DNA of 64,000 nucleotides from contig JBHGNT010000004.1 of the NCBI GenBank assembly GCA_043228905.1, forward strand, positions 14,632,001 to 14,696,000. Reading direction: 5' to 3'. Under the pieces are notes generated by a model that saw only the letters and a program-made list of their open reading frames with translations, had not been told where the DNA came from and searched no databases. The stretch's first letter is position 1. Every line of letters starts with the position of its first letter. A program made the translations under genes and the position numbers. Shown here piece after piece: positions 58,657-64,000 of the stretch. The stretch comes from Azolla caroliniana. Lineage: Eukaryota > Plantae > Polypodiophyta.

Positions 58657-60130
58657 CTTCACTAAAATAACATCAGATCTTTATGATCACCTTCGAGGAA
58701 AGTATCTTGATGATAGTTATTTTGCGAAATACTGGGCAAGATTTGAGTCTGGAACAAACACCACCACATCCTCGAAGGAATCCTTCCACATTGCTAATGG
58801 TCTGCTCTACCGTAATGGGAAGGTTTGTGTTCCATATTTGCCTGAGGTCAAAAAGAGAATTCATTTTTAATGTCATGATGCACCCTTAGCACGGCACCCT
58901 AGAATACATCGTAAACTCGTTCTCATCTCCACTCAATTCTATTGGCCTAAGAATGCGTCCTGACATATATAGCTATGTGACTAAATGTCACCAATGTCAG
59001 GTTAATAAAGCCGAGTGACTTAAAGCCGCAGGACTTTTACATCCCTTGGACATTCCCAATAATAAGTGGGAAAGTATATCCATGGATTTTATTGTTAGCC
59101 TTCCTCGCACCCAAAAAGGTCATGATGTCATCTAGGTTGTGGTTGATAGACTAACTAAAATGGCCAGATTTATTGCTTCTAAAACCACGGTAACAACTCC
59201 TGAATTGGCTTACCAATTCGTTGACAAGTTATTTCGTTTTTATGGGTTACGGATGGATATCGTGAGTGATCGACATCCAAAGTTTACTAGTGACTTCTAG
59301 ACGCAAGTCTTTAAGAAGTTAGAAACTACATTGAGCATGAGCTCCACGGATCATCCTCAATCCGATGGACAGACAAAATGAGTAAATCAAATTATCGAGG
59401 ACATGCTTCGAGCATACGTTGGTGCAAAACCAACAAAATGGGAACGTTATCTCCCAATTTTGGAGTTCGCTTATAACAATTCCAAGCATATGTCAACGGG
59501 ATATAGTCCTTTTATGTTGATGTATGGTTTTCAGCCACGAGTCCCAATTGATGTTAATATACATCATGATTTGTTGTGAAGTACGCAAAACTTTCTTCAG
59601 GATATGCAAGATATGTTGCATATTGCACGAGATAATATAAAAACTGCTCAAGATAGAGCGCATTTTTACGTTGATCATAATAGGCAACATAATGTATTCA
59701 ACCCTGGACAGAAGTTTTCTTTACGTGTACCTCACAATTCTAAGACATTGTCTACGGGTAAGTGCGCTAAGTTAGCCCCACAGTTTTGTGGACCTTTTCA
59801 AGTCCTCAAACGCACTGGTTCATTAGCCTATCGTCTCACTCTTCTTGATGGCATTGAAATTTATCTAGTTTTTCATGCAAGTTGTCTAAAAGAACTTCTA
59901 GGTCTGGCGACAATACAATTACAACTGAAACTCTGGTTACTTCTAAAGAATTATCTTCTAAACCACATGTACTAGAAAGAATTCTCAATGTTAAAACAAT
60001 ATATATACGTACTAAAATAATCTGAGAATTTAAAATTAAATGGATGCATAAATCTATCAAAGATGCCACATGGGAACGCGAAAATACTCTTAGAACTAAC
60101 TTCCCTAACTTTCCATTGCAAGAGTGCAAT
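58657..60130 (+). pseudogene. Gypsy integrase + chromodomain, disrupted
   Basis: NGLLYRNGKVCVP, CHQC, WESISMDFIV.LP, VDRLTKMARF, IVSDR.PKF, HPQSDGQT, KLAPQFCGPF, KW...DATWE. Confidence 0.88.
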
Positions 60131-63100
60131 GATTTAAAGAGGGGGAGTATGTTATGGGCATGACCATATAATATCCCGTGGTGAGAATTTATCGTAGTAT
60201 TCTATACACGTGGATAAGTGTGAGGGTTAAACGAGAGTGTAAAGAAGGGGAGGATTACTTTTAATCCTCGGGATTGAGAGAACCCATTAGGCCAAGTGTG
60301 AACTTGCCTGGGGACCTTGGGTATCGCTATAAATATGACGCCTAGCTACCCTCATTTCATGATATCTTGACTACGTCGAGACTCTGTTTCGTGGTGGGTC
60401 AACTCTTGTAGTGCGCACCAGCACCAAGTACGACTCGACGCCACGATGGTGGTATGGGACACCGATCGAGGCTCGAGTTTGTCTCAATCCCTTCGTCGGG
60501 GGTGGTCGGGTGGATTGACACCCTTCTTTCTTTCTCTCCTTTCTATCTATCTATCATTTATCCTTATCATATGCATACTTTAGATCATAACTCTAACAAT
60601 CGCTATGTAGGAATGTCGTCTTGACATCCAGTTGCTCTACCTCGAGGTCCATGCTTGCCGCTATGCTCAACATTGTCCAGATGGATGTCATCTTTACTAC
60701 TGGGGCAAAGATCTCGTTGAAATCCTCTCCTTTCTTCTGTTGAAAACCCTTCACCACGATCCGGGCTTTGTACCTCGGTGGATTTCCGGCGTCTCCCGGT
60801 TTTAGCTATTACACCCACTTCTTCTGGAGTGCCCTCTTTCATTTCGACAACTCCGTTAGTTCGTATATGCGATTCTCATGCAGGGAATCCATCTCGTCCT
60901 TCATGGCACTCAACCACTTGCGATTGTGGGTGTCTTTCTTTGCTTCGTCGAAGCTTTCCGGCTCCCCCTTATCAGTCAACAATACGTGCTCTACATCCGG
61001 AAATCTCCAGGGGGTTCTTCTCTCCCTGAGAGGATATCTTCTTCCTTGGTTCTCGTCCACCGGTTCCTCCGTTTGTTCTTCACCCGAATCCGATTCGGAG
61101 TCTTGTCTGGTTCCGGTGTCCTGATCTTCTTCTTCTTCAATCAGTTCAGTCTCTTGTCCAACTCCGGGCAGTTCTTTGAGTGTTATCCTGCTTCCGGCCA
61201 AATGGGTCCTGTCAGCCAATCCGGAGTCTGTTATCTTCTTCGTCGACTCCCAGTCGGCAATAGTCTTGTCTTCCATGAAGACTATGTCTCGACTCTGGAA
61301 CACCTTCTTGTCAACCAAGTCCCACACTCGGTATCCAAACTCATCATCGCCGTATCCAAGGAATATGCATGGCTAGGACTTCAGATCCAACTTTGCTCTC
61401 TTATCCTTTGCAACATGCACGTAAGCGAGACATCCAAACACCTTCAGATGCCGGTAAGACACGTCTTTACTGGTCCATACTTTCTGCGGTGTGTCTCCTT
61501 CCAAGGGTGTTGAGGGTGATCTATTAATCACGCACGTCATCATCATCAACGCCTCAGCCCAAATCGTCTTGGATAACTTTGCATGTGCTAGCATGCTTCA
61601 GACTCTCTCCATTATGGTCTAGTTCATCCATTCAGCCAACCCGTTCAATTCCGGCGTTTTCGGCACGGTGAATTCGAGCCGGATTCCCTTCAACTGGTAG
61701 TACTCCTCTAATTGCCCCCGGTATTCGCCTCCGTTATCTGCTCGAACCGCCTTTAGCTTCCGGCCGGTTTCCCTTTCCACTCTCACGTGGAGCTCCTTGA
61801 AGACGAACAACACCTAATCCTTCGTCTTCAATGGTGAGACCCACAACTTATGGTTGTGGTTGTCTATGAACGCCACGAAGCACTGCAATTTGGCATGTGA
61901 CTTCATGTTCACTTGACAAACGTCTGTATGCACCAGCTCTAGTGGTGCATTCCGTCTCATCGATGGTCTTGACTGGAATGAGGTTTGGTTTTACTTGTCG
62001 GCCAAGCAATCGGTGCACTTCTCAAGATGCACATCTTTCACCTCCGGAATGAGATTATATTCCGCAAGTTTTTTCATCCCCTTTGGGCTCATATGACACA
62101 TTCTCCTATGCCACAGCTCACTAGCATTGTCAGATGCTACATTCACCTCTTCCCAACATATCCGGGCGTGCATCAGGTACAACGTGTTGATCTTCCGGGA
62201 TCGAACCACGATCAGGCTTCCTTTGTTGAATTTCATTACTCCATTCCGGATGCTACCCGTGTAGCCTTCATCATCTAGCCGACCGGTTGATATCATGTTC
62301 AACCAAACCTCTAGAACGTGTCGAATATCCTTCAGCAACAAGTTGCACCTGGTTGATGTCATCAACCACACATCTCCTATGCCGACAATTTGGCATGAAC
62401 CTTCATTCCCCATCTGGACACAACCGAGATTGCCGACTCTGTAGGATGAGAAGCATTTCCAGTCCGGTGTCAGGTGGAACGAGGCTCCGGAATCGACAAC
62501 CCACGTTGTCTCATCGCCGACAAGGTTTAACTCATTCTCCTCGATGATGAGCAAAAAAATTTCTTCACTTGTCGCAATTGCCGACGTTCCTTTTTGATCC
62601 GGACCTCTCCAGTCCGAACCATTTTGGTTCGAACTTTTCTTTGAATCGGTGGTGTCGACCCCTTTCTCTTTCCGGAAATGCCGACAGTTCTTTTGGAAGT
62701 GCCCCAGCTTCCCACAATAGAAGCAAGTAGGCCTTCCCCTTGACTTTGATCTCGTCCCCGATTTGTCCCGGTTTTGGGGACTCCGATTTCGGCCTCTTCC
62801 CCGGTTTTGGTCATCTTCCGTAACCAATGCCTTCAGGTCGGTTCCAGATTCCCGATCCTTCCGGCGAGCTTCTTCATCTAGCAAGCTTGGTTTTACCCGT
62901 GCTAGGGACAACTGCTTTCCTTCCGTCCCGGCATTGTCCAAAGTGACAGCTAGTGTCTCCCAAGTGTTCAGGAGGGAATTGAGCAGAAGAAATGCAAGTA
63001 CCTCGTCGTCCAGAGGTACTTCAAGCGAAGTAGTTTGATTTATGAGCCCCTAGAATGCATTCATGTGCTCCGCCATGCTGGATTCGTCTTGGTACCGGAG

Positions 63101-63262
63101 TCTCACTAACTTCCCGAATACCGAAACCTGATTTACAACGCTTTTGCTCTCCAACATGGTGCCGATTTTCTCCCAGAGCACATGAGCCTTACTTTCTTCA
63201 TTGAAGTTGTTGTACAGGCTCATGTCAATGAAGCACCGTTTGTATGTCGTCGTCTTCATGTG

Positions 63263-64000
63263 CATCAACTTGTGCCATAAGTCGATGTCCGACTCGACTT
63301 TTTGTCCCTTCGCGAACATTGCGGTGCCACCGTCAGTAGAGTCGAGAATGAACATCCTCCCATCTCTGTGCCCTTGTGCAATAACACGACCTTCTTCCTC
63401 AATGAAGCACCCGAGGTGTGTAAACCATACTTGCATCCCCTGGTCGACGATCTGCCCGACCGAAACCAGATTCTTCGTGATTGTCGAGACGTGTAATACG
63501 TTCATAAGTTTCCCTTTCTACCCAACATGGCTCAAGGGAACTTCACCGACATTCGCGATCGGATGCGGAGTGTTGTCTCCAGTTGCGACTACTCCTGGTT
63601 GCGTCGGTTTCTCAAGGTATGAAAACCACTCCTCGTGGCACGTCATGTGGTTTGACGCGTCGGAGTTGACGTACCACACCTCGTCTGATTTCGGGGCGGA
63701 TTGCTTCATTGAGTTTGCTTCGTGTCTCGTCACGAAGACTGACCCTTTTCCGGCTTCTCCGGATCCTTTGGCATAGTGCCATCGTTGCCAATTTCCTTTG
63801 TCGGTCTGTCCAGAACATGTTCCGGACTCGGCTCTCTCCGAATCGGCACGCTTTTTCTAGCACTCGCTCTCCCTATGGCCTTTCTTGCCATAGTACCAGC
63901 ATCTGCGGCGGATTTCCCTTGCCGGTTCCGAAGGGTCCAGAATTGCTGTTGGCATCACTTTGGTGCCTTCTTCCTTGATCCCGTCGGCTGCCTCCATTGT
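63263..64000 (-). pseudogene. Copia family-B gag C-terminus/protease fragment running off the window
   Basis: Highly similar to about 9500-10260 (WYVNSDASNHMT, LHVSTITKNLVSVGQIVDQG, SDIDLWHK). Confidence 0.9.

Larger units (their letters stand above)
55664..60598 (+). mobile_element. Chromovirus (gypsy) deletion derivative: LTR-long leader-gag-integrase/chromodomain-LTR
   Basis: LTRs at 55664-56114 and 60150-60598, Met PBS at 56118-56129, PPT at 60136-60147, decayed TSD GTCGT / ATCGC. No protease, RT or RNase H motifs found. Confidence 0.9.
53900..63262 (-). mobile_element. Degraded Ty1/copia (family D, Tnt1/Tork-like) lacking its 5' end
   Basis: 3' LTR at about 53900-54455 and PPT at 54458-54470. 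RNase H/RT at 54466-55663 and 60604-60900, integrase at 61300-61980, gag/protease ORF at 61991-62941 (CFYCGKLGH, WVVDSGASFH). Interrupted at 55664-60598. Confidence 0.88.

Noticed and set aside
1-64000. Host protein-coding, rRNA or prokaryotic genes
   Set aside because: Every recognisable peptide is transposon-derived, and I saw no exon structure, rRNA or operon-like organisation.

Overview
This is eukaryotic land-plant-type intergenic or heterochromatic DNA. I see no host gene, and essentially all 64 kb is a deeply nested pile of transposable elements. A non-seed plant such as a fern or lycophyte is my guess from the element families, but the sequence cannot establish this. I reconstructed the nest from LTR pairs, primer-binding sites (PBS), polypurine tracts (PPT) and target-site duplications (TSD). 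It contains: several Ty1/copia families, including one young element with an uninterrupted 1337-aa gag-pol at 37314-42770; Ty3/gypsy elements (a Tat-like element with an extra RNase H, chromoviruses, and a gag+integrase deletion derivative); several solo LTRs; an RTEX-like LINE 3' half; a hAT MITE; and a 3.6-kb TIR/foldback DNA element with a TATA TSD. One stack is six elements deep (17314-45199). The most unusual signals are: (1) a non-autonomous LTR element (47425-50940) with no PPT, carrying a sense copy of a tRNA 3' end where the PPT should be and a PBS-like motif at the other end; (2) tRNA-like A-box/B-box modules lying antisense in the U3 of four unrelated gypsy-type LTRs; (3) a five-unit conserved hairpin array in a retroelement leader; and (4) a copia family with a duplicated PPT and an in-frame C-terminal extension. 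All family and lineage names are motif-based judgements made by eye, not database hits.
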